This document shows positions 29,155 through 40,482 of a stretch of 64,000 nucleotides of DNA, in pieces. Position numbers and translations under genes: made by a program. This DNA is from Schizosaccharomyces osmophilus. Lineage: Eukaryota. Numbering within the stretch: the stretch's first letter is position 1; each line of letters starts with the position of its first letter. The stretch lies in contig NC_079238.1 in the NCBI RefSeq assembly GCF_027921745.1, positions 496,001 through 560,000 of the forward strand. The letters are read 5' to 3'. The notes below the pieces were generated by a model, which did no database searches, was not told the origin of the DNA, and was given only the letters and a program-made list of their open reading frames with translations.

Positions 29155-32094
29155 TTACCATGTTATAGTCCAATTGCTTGCAAAGGCGCCGGCAGAAGTG
29201 AACTTGTCCAAGTTGGTAACCACCAATTCTTGAGTCCGGTCCGAATAAGTAAAAGAGTTGACGCTGTTGTTGTTGAATTGAATTTGCTTAGGAGAAGATG
29301 AAACACCTAGGATTGTGACATTTGCCAATGGTACATGCACGTTGTAGGTACCGAAAGAGGCACTAGACAACTTGTTGGACTCGGCAGAGAAATCAACCCA
29401 TAAGGTAGCATTGGGAGTGAGAGAAACACCATCATCAGCGTACACATTACCATAAGCAGTTCCTTGTTTGTCAAGGGCCACAAGCAAGTTGAATGGATTT
29501 TCACGAGTTTCTTCAGTGGTGTATGCGGGTTGCTGCATAGGGATAATCTTGCTGCCACGAACAGCAACGTTGATGTGTTCAAGAGGAGCATCCATTGTCT
29601 TATTTTCATAAGGCTTGTGCTCAATTGCAGTATGGTTGTACCAGTCGTACCAGACGGTGTCTTCATCACCAGGGAAAACACCATTCACTGTGGTTGTGTT
29701 GGGTTCCAAAACTGGAGTAATCAACAAGGAATCGCCAACCATGAATTGACGGTCAGCTCCGGCTAAAGATGGTTCATCGGGGAACTCGAAGAAAAGAGGA
29801 CGGATAAGAGTGCTTCCATCGTAGGAAGCTTGTCTAAACAAAGTGTACCAATAAGGCAACAAGGAGTAGCGAATATTCATAGCTCGGCGTGAAGATTCAG
29901 CAACAGAAGCCCATAAATATGGCTCTTGACGGATACTACCTTGCTGATTATGGTTTCTGTAGAAAGGTGAGAAAGCACCCATGGCCATCCACCTTGCGCA
30001 CAGTTCTTCATCACTATTATCTTGAAAGCCGCAAACATCAGCGCCAACCATGGGAACACCCAACATGTTGAACACCATCATTCCAGAGATTGAAAAAAAC
30101 ATGTTGGGCCAATTGGAATGATTATCTCCAAGCCAGTGTGCAGAATACACACCAGAACCTAAGAAAGTCGACCGACTTAGAATGAATGGACGAACCTCCG
30201 GCTGTAAATCAGTCAGAGCCTTGTGCGTGACTTTGATTTCTCCATATCCGTAAACGTTGAACAAGTTGTAACGAAGAGTTCCATCATGATGAGTAGCGTT
30301 GGGACTGACACCGTGGTTGGCCAAATCGTGGTTTCCCTGTTCTGTATTAATAGCATAAGGAGGGTGATTTATGTCATATTTAGGTTGTTGTCCTTCGGAA
30401 ACGGCTGTTGGATAGACAACTTGCATAGAAGATGTTGCAGTGGCATAATACTGGCTTAAGGATGCGCTGCTGGCAGAGGCATATTCAGTTTCATTTGTAA
30501 GGTTAAAACCCTCGGGATAATTCAAAGTAAGATCATTTGGCTCACCGGGAAGCTTAAAAGGAGCATGTACTGGGTTCATGTTTACAAGTTCAGAACCACA
30601 AGATCCAACACAGTAGGAAGATGGCTCATTCATGTCTAGCCACAATCCGCTGAAAGGGATATAGTCAGAAGAGTTGGATCCTAAAGCATAGGACATATTG
30701 TGGATACCGTGTTTCCAATAATCTTGAACGCTAGGATTGGTGAAGTCGGGAAATACAGTAAATCCAGGCCATACTTCTCCAATGTAGAGGCTGCCATCAG
30801 GATTTTTGAGGAAGACGTCCTTCTCGATTCCCTCATAGTATGGTCCATACGAATCGTCAGAACGATTGGATGGGTTTGCGGCATAAACAGCTGCATCAAC
30901 TATGGGAACAAAGTGCTGATGAGCAAGCTCGATATCATGGAAGAAATCAATCATTTGTTCACGGGGATAAGATATGGGATCAACTGTAAAATCACGCATG
31001 TTGTGCATATAATCGATATCGCTCCAGAAGGTTTCAATGGGAATATCAAATTTGCGCATGTTCTCTCGGACTTGAATAATTTCATCAATGTTTTCGTAAC
31101 CCCAACGGCACATGTGAAAGCCCAGAGTCCAGTACTGTTGCATTTGAGGAAATCCAACGGATTCAATGAACTGAGTAATCGTATTTTGTGGCTTTTTACT
31201 ACCGGAATAAACATAGAGGTCGATAATACCACCGATCATTCGATATTGGAGATACTTTGGACGCAGTACGACATCCATGCCGTTGGCGGTAAGCATTAGC
31301 ACGCCGTGGGAGGAAGAAGTATGCTTTTGTTGTTGAGTGCTGGAATCATTGACGGGATTGTATCTTTGCTCGAGGTAAAACGGATGAGTTCCATACATGT
31401 TCTGGTCAAGAGGAGAAGCTTCGTCGTTGGCCCAGAAAGTACGAGTGAGATTATTTCCCAAGCGTAAACCATGTATGGTTTCAGCAAGACCGTAGATATT
31501 GTAGTCTTCAACCATGTTGGTGGTAAGCTCAATGTACTGATCTTCAAAGATTAAAGGATGGCCTCTTGTGTCAAATAAGACTTCTCCGTCGGATTTTCTG
31601 GTAATCCAAAATTCAAAAGGATCGGCATTGAAGGAAAAGTTATAGTGGACGTTGAATTGGTTGACAGAGGAAGGATGATAAAGAGGAGCATCCCAAACAT
31701 CATGACGGCTGCTAAATTGAAATTGAGTGCTGTTTATGTCTCGAATTGAGACATGAATACGTTCTTCTGTCTCATAAGTGACATTTAAAAACAATTTTTT
31801 ATAATCAGTACCATAAGCATAACAAGGGGAACCGATAAGTTCCAAGGAACCTATGACACCCTGCTCGGTGGACGAGATTTCTTTGGCACGATATCCATGA
31901 CAATCGCCTCCTCGATATGCTTCATACACCGATAATCGCTGTGGAATTCCCTGTTGGGGAGGAATGGGAGTTGGCTCTACACGATAACTAAAACTAGTGG
32001 AACTTGCAGAGTCATCCGCCAGCGAGACAAACGGAAGAGAGGAGAGGTAGAAAAAAAAGATGGATCCAAAAAAAAACTTTAAAGGGAGCTGCAT
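29155..32094 (-). CDS. agl1: Secreted GH31 alpha-glucosidase (maltase), 979 aa
   Basis: Signal peptide, WSDIDYM, WLDMNEP (nucleophile), HWLGDN (acid/base). Next to pdr1, as recalled for S. pombe. Confidence 0.9.
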   Translation of the reverse strand: MQLPLKFFFGSIFFFYLSSLPFVSLADDSASSTSFSYRVEPTPIPPQQGIPQRLSVYEAYRGGDCHGYRAKEISSTEQGVIGSLELIGSPCYAYGTDYKKLFLNVTYETEERIHVSIRDINSTQFQFSSRHDVWDAPLYHPSSVNQFNVHYNFSFNADPFEFWITRKSDGEVLFDTRGHPLIFEDQYIELTTNMVEDYNIYGLAETIHGLRLGNNLTRTFWANDEASPLDQNMYGTHPFYLEQRYNPVNDSSTQQQKHTSSSHGVLMLTANGMDVVLRPKYLQYRMIGGIIDLYVYSGSKKPQNTITQFIESVGFPQMQQYWTLGFHMCRWGYENIDEIIQVRENMRKFDIPIETFWSDIDYMHNMRDFTVDPISYPREQMIDFFHDIELAHQHFVPIVDAAVYAANPSNRSDDSYGPYYEGIEKDVFLKNPDGSLYIGEVWPGFTVFPDFTNPSVQDYWKHGIHNMSYALGSNSSDYIPFSGLWLDMNEPSSYCVGSCGSELVNMNPVHAPFKLPGEPNDLTLNYPEGFNLTNETEYASASSASLSQYYATATSSMQVVYPTAVSEGQQPKYDINHPPYAINTEQGNHDLANHGVSPNATHHDGTLRYNLFNVYGYGEIKVTHKALTDLQPEVRPFILSRSTFLGSGVYSAHWLGDNHSNWPNMFFSISGMMVFNMLGVPMVGADVCGFQDNSDEELCARWMAMGAFSPFYRNHNQQGSIRQEPYLWASVAESSRRAMNIRYSLLPYWYTLFRQASYDGSTLIRPLFFEFPDEPSLAGADRQFMVGDSLLITPVLEPNTTTVNGVFPGDEDTVWYDWYNHTAIEHKPYENKTMDAPLEHINVAVRGSKIIPMQQPAYTTEETRENPFNLLVALDKQGTAYGNVYADDGVSLTPNATLWVDFSAESNKLSSASFGTYNVHVPLANVTILGVSSSPKQIQFNNNSVNSFTYSDRTQELVVTNLDKFTSAGAFASNWTITW

Positions 32095-33065
32095 CTTTCT
32101 TAACGATAGAATGAAGAAAAACAGAAAACCAATGAGGGATCGTATTATCGAATCGTGTTACTCACAAATGGACACTAAAATGATATTGAAGTAACAGAGG
32201 GATCGTTCAGCAGTTTGTTAGGAAAGGAGAAGGAAAACGACAGAGTAAAGTAGGGAGAAACGACAAGGAAAAACAAGGTAAATACCAAAACGATGAATGG
32301 TAAACAATCACTTTGAAATTGGCAAATGTCAGTGCGAACCTAAAACCCGCTTGGAAATCAAAAGCAAAGTTAAAGCGGAAAGTTAGAGTTGATTTTGTTT
32401 GCAAAGAAATCGAGTTGAATCCAATACTTTGGAGACGGTTTGATACTCAAAGCCTGGATGGAGAAAAAGTGATTGGAAATCGACCGAATTTATAAATTTT
32501 TTTTCCAACCAAGACGATTGCATGATGGAAAATAAGAGACGTAATTTTGACAACTAAAACAAACCATAATTTCTTCATGCAAGCATTCTTGACATAGGAA
32601 GGGCCGAATTGACCAAAAGTGGAATGTAAATAGAGGAGTTATGAACGAATGTTGTAGCGGAGATTTCGGGCCGGAGGGTATCCTCAAACAATTTAGGTTT
32701 TTGTTGACATATCGAAAAGAGATCTCGAACTACCCAAGCATGAGCGATGTTCGGTAAAAGCAAAATGGTATGACAATATGCTTCAAGGAAACGGCAAGAA
32801 CGAATGAAATGGGCTCCACGTATCCTCCCAATTGCGGAGAAAGCCATTCAAATTGCGGTTTCCTCTTAGTGCTTACAACCAAGAAGATGGGCGGGAAGGG
32901 AGTTGGGAATGAGTGGAAAACCAGCAAACATGGATTTGAATGAAAAATAACTTTTCTGTGTCTTTTAATGAGAAGACCGTTGATTTTAACGTCGCACAAG
33001 TGCTAAAATTTTTTTTAGTCGCAGATTTGTTTTCATGCTAAAGCCTTAACTTATGGTTTGTAAGG

Positions 33066-33097
33066 AAAGTGGAGAACAGGAGCTTGTTCTCCACTTT
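33066..33097. repeat. Inverted repeat with 13-bp arms, each carrying a GTGGAG (SYGGRG) site
   Basis: AAAGTGGAGAACA-ggagct-TGTTCTCCACTTT, read directly. Confidence 0.75.
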
Positions 33098-33625
33098 TTC
33101 TCCGCTTTTTGACCACTTCCGAGTGATCGATGATCTAAGAAGAGGGGTCAAAATGTGGAGTAGACGAAAATAAGGACGAACTTTGGGAAGAGGGTCCCAT
33201 CGCCAGATTCCCTCTTTTCCACTTCCATCTTCTCCCAACATCTCTCTAGGAAAAACTTGGATTTTTATACAATTGCAAAATTTGTCGTCGAAATGTGTGC
33301 CTAATTGCAATGATCTCGATGGAACTGTCCATGTTCGAACGCTTCCACTAGGACACATGACTTTTTACGTTATCATGCCCTTTCAGTACTTTTTGTTACT
33401 CTCTATTTGTAAAGTATGCTAACTACCTACCATCTACAACAGAACGCGTCTATAACAAAGAATAAACGCGATTTGTGCATCTACCGACAACATGCGATAT
33501 ACGATTCCTCCTGGCACTAGCCTACGAATTGAGTAGTAGGAAAAAATATCATAGCATTCGTTCATTATCTTTTTTTTTTTAGGTCTACGCTAAATCTTTA
33601 TTACAATTGGACAACCCCCATATTT

Positions 33626-34342
33626 TCATGCCTTGGAAGCTTGGAGGGCGGCTTTGGCGGTAGAAGCGGCGCTTTGAGGATTGACACCGGTCACGACGCG
33701 AGAATCGCTTTGAACAAAATCGTCCGTGGGAGAAGGTGGGTCAATGAAATGAGCACCAGCATCCTTGAAAAGATCATTCATGGTTTGCAGGTGCTTTTCC
33801 TTCATAATATCCAATATCTTCATGCTTTCTTCTCCGGCCCTGTTGAAGGCAGTCACTTTACGACCTTGAACGATCGAAGATGCGTTTGGACGAGTCAAGT
33901 CAGCAACAAAAGGAAGAATGACAGGACCATGGCAAACTGCAGATACAACTCCTCCATTTTTGTAAATTTGTGCGGCAACGGCTTGCAAATCAATCGCTCC
34001 TGGTAAGTCAAAAAGTGCAGCATGACCACCAGCGACAAAGAATATATTATATTGACTATAATCCACATCAGCTGCACGCTTCATCTTGTTTATGGCGGTC
34101 CAAAATTCATTGCTCTTGTCGTGGAGCACATTCTTTATTTCTGCTGGTAATTTGGATTCATCGACGGAAACGTCGTCGAATTTGCAAGTTCCCTTTTCAG
34201 ATGTAATATCGACTTCCAAGCCAGCTTGGCGGAAAATTTCATAGGGTGTTAAAAGTTCAGAGAAATGCACACCCGTGTTTCTACCATCGGGATAGATGGG
34301 ACCGTAATAGCTGCTAGCTACCAACAATGCTTTTCCTGTCAT
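33626..34342 (-). CDS. Hsp31 / DJ-1-PfpI family glyoxalase III, 238 aa (Hsp3102-like)
   Basis: TGVHFSE (Glu), AGGHA, AVCHGP (Cys-His), VTGVNPQSA. Confidence 0.92.
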   Translation of the reverse strand: MTGKALLVASSYYGPIYPDGRNTGVHFSELLTPYEIFRQAGLEVDITSEKGTCKFDDVSVDESKLPAEIKNVLHDKSNEFWTAINKMKRAADVDYSQYNIFFVAGGHAALFDLPGAIDLQAVAAQIYKNGGVVSAVCHGPVILPFVADLTRPNASSIVQGRKVTAFNRAGEESMKILDIMKEKHLQTMNDLFKDAGAHFIDPPSPTDDFVQSDSRVVTGVNPQSAASTAKAALQASKA

Positions 34343-35655
34343 TTTAAATGCGAAGAATACAACAAGAATGAATGGGCAGATAAATTTCTCAATGAATGCG
34401 GTGATATTGGTTTCTTTGGCCGCTTTGTATATTCTATTCTTGGGGCTATGGTGTCACCATTGATGATCAAATACCTTCTTTCACTATAAATTTACATAAC
34501 ACGGGTACGTTATCCTACATACGTTTCTCAGGTGAGGATGTCATATTTCGACGTTTCGTACAAAAGTATGAAACGAAAGATGAGAAAAATAAAAAGCACA
34601 CTGAGAAATCAGTAGTTTGTTTTTCTTCAAATTTCTCAATTTCTCAATGTAAATCCAAACATTCTGTTCTAAACTGCCATTGTAGTCCTCCTTCGGGTTA
34701 AACAACAAAGTACAAACAGGAAGCTCGTTTGTTTTTTTTTTTCTTGCTCTAGTCTTCTTTACGACTATCCCGTTAATTTAATTCTCAAAAATGACATCAC
34801 TTTAATTCGTTCAATGGAGCACTGAAAGAAATTGGTTATAGTTTCATGCCTTGTGTTTTTAGGTGAAACAAATTTGAAGGCTTCTTTCTGCGTTCAAAGC
34901 CTTCGATGAAGGCAAATTATCAAACGATCGTTGTTCTTTCAGTATGAAAACAGAGGTCAGGGAACGAGTTCCGTGAGATCAAAAGGGAACCAAATGACTT
35001 TACTGCCTGCAATGACAATTGCATTCATCCTGACAAGGCTCATTCGGAATTCATCAAACAAGTGCCGGAAGAGACTGTACAAGGTTTCACAAACAATTTC
35101 GTCACTCCACTCTATAAAGCACTTTGCAGATGAAGATTGAAGGAAAGAAATTAAAACCAAAGATGAATTGTTCAAGATAATATAATTAGTATGGTCTTAC
35201 GACTCTTTGTAAAACTCTAACATATTTGATTCTTTGACAAGGATTGCTGTTGTCGAAATATTCTTGGTCCATTCGTCATGGGAAAAAATAAGCAACAAGT
35301 AAACGAAAGACTTTATTGAAACGAAACTATTTATGCAGTTTTCCGAAATGAAAGAAATGGAATATATCTACATATAGAAAACGTTTCTACTCTACGAAAT
35401 ATCGCATGGTATATTTGTGGTCAACGTAAAAAACCCAAGGTGTCGTATATGTGGTTCGTTTAGGTGACTTTTGTCTTTTGAAATTCCTTTTTCACTAAAA
35501 GATCGGTTATTGTTGCCTTATATCACAATATTATAGGACGTGGACTTTCATCATATGGTTTCGTAGCAGCGTACAAACTATGTGTATGTAATACTTACAT
35601 AGAGCTCTTCTTTATTAACAAAAGAAAAGTGAGAACATGCAAAGAATTTAATTCC

Positions 35656-35791
35656 TTCCGTTTAATACATCAAAAACGCTACTTCATTCAGTGCTCCGTC
35701 GGCTGTTGCTCTTTTCATTCCCGTTCCGTTTGATACATCAAAAACACTACTTCATTCAGTGCTCCGTCGGCTGTTGCCCTTTTCATTCCCG
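35656..35791. repeat. Tandem duplication, 2 x 68 bp with 3 mismatches, directly upstream of TATATAA (35805)
   Basis: Copies at 35656-35723 and 35724-35791, each containing GTGCTCCGTCGGCTG. Confidence 0.93.
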
Positions 35792-35901
35792 TATTTTTCT
35801 TTGGTATATAAGCAACGATTAGTCATATTTTCCTGGAGTTAGGATCAAGAATATCCATTTGAATGGTATAGAAAGAAAGCGTTTCAAGTTCTATTCATAT
35901 C

Positions 35902-37128
35902 ATGTATCGTAATTATAGCTGGTACAAGGCCACAGAGCCTAAAAGCTACGAATCTGAAATTTATGATAATGGTCTCAACTTTGAGCGACCCAGCATCAGC
36001 GTTGACCCTAGCAAGTGGGAACCGTTAGCCATAGAACGCTTGTCCAAGGATGCCGCTGGTTATGTTTATGGTTCTGCAGGAACACGTGAGACCACCGATA
36101 AAAATCACGAGTCTTATAAAAGATGGTCCATTATCCCCAATCGTTTAGTCAAGTCCGATTTTCCAGACTTACGTACGAAACTTTTTGGCAGAGAATATTC
36201 TTTCCCCATTGCTCTAGGTCCTGTTGGTGTTCAGCGGATTGTTAATCCAGAAGGTGAGCATGGTTCCAGTAAAGCAGCGACTCTTGAACATGTCCCGTAC
36301 GTCATTAGTACCGCTGCTTCTATGAGCTTTGAAGAAATTGCCGAAAGTAGCGGCCCTGGAGAAAGATGGTACCAGCTTTACTGGCCTTCGAACGAAAACA
36401 ACGACATCACCGCTAGTTTATTGAAGCGTGCAAAGAGTATTGACTGTAAAGTTCTTGTTGTCACCTTAGATACATACATATTGGGATGGCGCCCTTCCGA
36501 CATGGACAATGGTTATGATCCTTTCCTAAAGCCCGACAAAATTGGCGTTGCCTTAGGATTGAGCGACCCCGTTTTCCGTAAGCGCTTCAAACAGGAACAT
36601 GGTGTCGAGGTCGAAGAAGATTTACACAAGGCTGCTCGTGAATTTTCTGGCATTATATTCCCTGGACTTTCTCACGATTGGGAAGACCTAAAGTTCATTC
36701 GAGAGAACTGGGATGGCCCTATTGTTCTCAAAGGTATCCAGAGCGTTGCTGATGCAAAAAAGGCTGCTGAGTTCGGTGTAGACGGTATCGTTGTCTCCAA
36801 TCATGGAGGTCGTCAACAAGATGGTGGTGTGGCTTCTTTAACAATGCTACCAAAAATCGTCGACGCAGTTGGGGACAAACTCGAAATTCTCTTCGACTCC
36901 GGTATAAGATCTGGCTCTGATATTGTAAAAGCACTTGCTCTTGGTGCCAAAATGGTACTCATCGGTCGTCCTTACATTTACGGGCTCGGTATTGCAGGCA
37001 CAAAAGGTGTTCGTCATGTAATTCGTTGTCTTCTTGGCGACTTGGAGTTGACCTTGCATTTGTCTGGTGTTCCTTCAATTGCACCGGAGCACTTAAACCG
37101 TGATCTCTTGTTGTATGAAGATCATTAG
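35902..37128 (+). CDS. FMN-dependent alpha-hydroxy acid oxidase (lactate 2-monooxygenase-like, no cytochrome b5 domain), 408 aa (SPAPB1A11.03-like)
   Basis: WYQLYW, TLDT..GWRP, LKGI, SNHGGRQ, DSGIR, GRP. Confidence 0.92.
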   Translation: MYRNYSWYKATEPKSYESEIYDNGLNFERPSISVDPSKWEPLAIERLSKDAAGYVYGSAGTRETTDKNHESYKRWSIIPNRLVKSDFPDLRTKLFGREYSFPIALGPVGVQRIVNPEGEHGSSKAATLEHVPYVISTAASMSFEEIAESSGPGERWYQLYWPSNENNDITASLLKRAKSIDCKVLVVTLDTYILGWRPSDMDNGYDPFLKPDKIGVALGLSDPVFRKRFKQEHGVEVEEDLHKAAREFSGIIFPGLSHDWEDLKFIRENWDGPIVLKGIQSVADAKKAAEFGVDGIVVSNHGGRQQDGGVASLTMLPKIVDAVGDKLEILFDSGIRSGSDIVKALALGAKMVLIGRPYIYGLGIAGTKGVRHVIRCLLGDLELTLHLSGVPSIAPEHLNRDLLLYEDH

Positions 37129-37439
37129 ATATGATTCACTTTTTATGATGAAGTTTTGTTTATGAAAATATTCGTTTTTTTATGAAAACAGAGTGCAAGC
37201 AAGTATGACTTTTGTAAGCTAATTAGTATGAGTACTTCGTCTTATCATAGCAGTTTTATTTCCACCGTCATATATATAATTTGATAACCAGAAAAAAATA
37301 AACAAGTATTATTAGAATTAAACCAAAGATTATGTACAAATAATTATACCACTAAGTATTAGGGAAAGAATCTGACTCGACCGAGTTCAAACAAGTTGGA
37401 TCTTTCTTCGGTATTATATAAATTAATCCACCATTGAAC

Positions 37440-39485
37440 TTATTCAACTGGCAAGTCGTTATGAGTTATAAACAGTTCACTCTCCGTAGCAGTGTCAAAA
37501 TCTGCAGAAACATCTTGACTTCTAATGCTACTGTCTCCGTCTAAATCAGTTCTCAAGTCTACAAATTCGTTGGAAGACATTAAGTAGTTCCTTGAAAACG
37601 GGAATTCTCGGTTTAAAGGGGAATTTGAATCTTCCATTGTTGTCCCGTATTCCAGAATGGAAGCAGGAAACCCTGGAATTCTATATTTGACGAACGGCTG
37701 CTTTTCAACATAGTGGAAGCGGTAGTAGTTATACATCATCTTAAAAGTTTGCAGCATTCCCTTATTGAAAGTCCAGTATTTAGAACGTTCACGTAAAATT
37801 AAGTAATCGATTCGACTAAACTGCAACGCATCAAGAAATTCGTTATTGGCATTTTGTATGCAAAACTTATTAAGCATATGGATAGTAGAAGCCGTCAAAA
37901 CTGAAAAACCAAAAAACGGAGTCATCGCATAATTCAGAGGTTCTATTGAAAGTCTCGTTATTATATTTGCAGAATTTATAACACGGGTCAAAATCGTCTC
38001 TATCCAAGAGGTAGGTACAGCTTGTCCATATCGTTCGGATACAGATGCAAACAAATCTGATTTTTGTACATTCGTTGGAAACAAGTCTAAGGCATTTCTT
38101 AATAGATAAACATTTGTTACATGGAACAATATATGCATAAAGATAAAACAACCACCAGAACAATCACCAGGAGCACTATATATACTGTAATTTTCGTCCG
38201 TCAAGCTCAATCGGGGAGAAAGGTTTTTTGACCAATTTTCTAAGACCGCTAACTTTTGTTGAAATAAAGATTGTGGCATCCAAGGGGGCACAATATCTTG
38301 CGAATATCCACCACGAAGCACCCATCGGGAAATATCACTCCATATATCGGACAAACGGATAAGACTGCCCATTGTAAAACTCAAAAAGTCGCTTGCTGTA
38401 CTTGTAGAAGTAGCGTTTGGAGATTGGCCTTCAAAAGTGTTTTGAGGGATGGATCCATCGAAAAATTCTGTTACAACCGGCTGAGAAAAGCAAAAGTTAG
38501 CCTCAGGGCAAGGAAGCTGAATTGAAGTTTTGTTAGGATTGAGGGAAATAGTTCGAAGTTTGGAAGGAGCCATAAACCCCGTAGCGAGAAGTCGCTCAAT
38601 CATAAAACAAGACCAATATGTTCTTCGCCGCTGCTCACCTTCAGCCCAATTAAACATATCAGGTAAGCTGGAGAAAGAGTCTTCGCTAAAATCATTGCCC
38701 AAATCCAACGAATCTGCCATCCGTAAAGCCATTCCTAACAGTAGCCATGCTTTAGGGCTTCGGCCAGCACCCAGTTCAATCAGGCAAAGCATTAGCAATG
38801 CGGATATGTTAATTAACGAAATGTCTTGAAGTTGAAACGAGAGCAAAGAGAATGCATTTTTTGCATAATATTCGGAGGCAGCAGAAGGGGACTTGAAAGT
38901 ATTGATTTCTTCTTGAGAAAACCTGGCAGCATGAGCGCAAATGCAAAGAGCTAATAATGGGTGAACAGTACCTTTCGATATCTGGGAAGTTATGCTGGGT
39001 TTATTAAATATGCCGTAAAGTTCAGTATACGATGTTTTCAGGAAGATTTCCCACATCTGTAACAATTTCCGGTTGGAAGGTATTTTTAGCTGCTTTTGCT
39101 GATCCTCTAAACTTGTGATTGGTAAAGGAAATTCCATCGATTCAGCAGACGATGGAGAGACCGTGTTAGAAAATGAGTGAACAGGGAAATACGATGGTAT
39201 CTGTAAATTTATAGTATCCAATTCTGGGTGTGTATGTTGTTGGCCAGTTATGCTGCCAACTTTTGTGGACAAATGATTTGTGAATGATGGAGACGAACGC
39301 TTCCCTCTCATGTTGGGTCGATCAGGCCAGACGCATTCCACATTATTATTCAAACAAGCTTGGCAGGCGGGCTTTTCACCTGAACACTTAACTTTCTTTT
39401 GCCGACATCGAAGGCAAGCTTGAGCAACCTGACTAATCACTCTTCGTTTTCGAGGAACAGGTTCTTTTTCAACTGTAGTAATCAT
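37440..39485 (-). CDS. mca1: Zn(II)2Cys6 transcription factor, 681 aa
   Basis: ACLRCRQKKVKCSGEKPACQACLNNNVECVW, fungal TF middle region (EQRRRTYWSCF). Lies between the FMN oxidase and sap49, as recalled for S. pombe. Confidence 0.8.
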   Translation of the reverse strand: MITTVEKEPVPRKRRVISQVAQACLRCRQKKVKCSGEKPACQACLNNNVECVWPDRPNMRGKRSSPSFTNHLSTKVGSITGQQHTHPELDTINLQIPSYFPVHSFSNTVSPSSAESMEFPLPITSLEDQQKQLKIPSNRKLLQMWEIFLKTSYTELYGIFNKPSITSQISKGTVHPLLALCICAHAARFSQEEINTFKSPSAASEYYAKNAFSLLSFQLQDISLINISALLMLCLIELGAGRSPKAWLLLGMALRMADSLDLGNDFSEDSFSSLPDMFNWAEGEQRRRTYWSCFMIERLLATGFMAPSKLRTISLNPNKTSIQLPCPEANFCFSQPVVTEFFDGSIPQNTFEGQSPNATSTSTASDFLSFTMGSLIRLSDIWSDISRWVLRGGYSQDIVPPWMPQSLFQQKLAVLENWSKNLSPRLSLTDENYSIYSAPGDCSGGCFIFMHILFHVTNVYLLRNALDLFPTNVQKSDLFASVSERYGQAVPTSWIETILTRVINSANIITRLSIEPLNYAMTPFFGFSVLTASTIHMLNKFCIQNANNEFLDALQFSRIDYLILRERSKYWTFNKGMLQTFKMMYNYYRFHYVEKQPFVKYRIPGFPASILEYGTTMEDSNSPLNREFPFSRNYLMSSNEFVDLRTDLDGDSSIRSQDVSADFDTATESELFITHNDLPVE

Positions 39486-40482
39486 TCTTAAGTTGATAGG
39501 TTGATTCTTTATTCAAACAATAACATATATAAATTAACCATAAAGTCACCATGAACGTGCTAATGAAAAGAATTTTATAATCAAGTCAATAATTGTTCTC
39601 TTATTAACATACAATCCGTCCAAATCCGAGTTTTGTATTCGTTACAAACATACACAAAACCTTGAAATGGTCTGGTGCAATCGAACTTCTTCTTTATCAA
39701 GCAAATTAATCAATTTGCTCCTAATTATTTATTTTTCATACATTTAGGCTTTTCGTAAGCTTGTAAGAAGGATATAAAAGAGTTTAGCTGTAAAAGAAAA
39801 ATTCTGCGTGTTTGCATTCAGTATCAAATGTCGCTCGTGGGTAACAATATGACTGTTACTTCAGGTGGTAAGTGGAATTATTGAAGTTTGTAAGTGATTT
39901 ATTGTTTCGATATCGTCCAATTTCTTTTACGTATTCATTAGCTTATGTTTTTTATGTGTTTGAAAGGAGCCGCTTTTAGTGTGAATGTCAGAGGCTCTGG
40001 GAAGAAGAGTACTGAGTACTGTAAACAAACAGCTGAATGCACACATTTTCGGTTGAAAAGTTCGTGAACTAGTTTTCTTTTCTTATCTTTTAAATAAATA
40101 AATAAGTAGATGTCTGATGGGTTGGTGGACTTTTTCTGGTAATACCATTTGCTTTACTACTTAATTGTAATAACGGAAGTTTCTCCAAAAAAAGCCACCT
40201 AGCAACAAAATCCAAAAGAGATGAAGAAAAGAAGAATAAAAAGAGTTCAATGAAATTTATTTGCCTTATTTCTCCATCTCTTTTGATTTTGACATTTGTT
40301 TACTATGTTAATTATTACTAAATTAATGTTTACATATGACTTAACAAACCACAACGCTATACGGTAAGTTATAAATGTGAACTATGCAAGGCCTCGCTAT
40401 TTACATACTCCTTGACTAGCAGAAGGCGAAATCTCAGCAAACACCTAGAAAAGTAGGGAATTGAACGACATAAAGGTTATTC

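Noticed and set aside
34945..35135. Protein-like open stretch (EFREIKREPNDF..LYKALCR*) as a possible relic of a lost gene
   Set aside because: No start codon and no recognisable family; would need blastx.
35656..35791. CRISPR-like array
   Set aside because: Two abutting copies with no spacers in a eukaryote; a simple tandem duplication.
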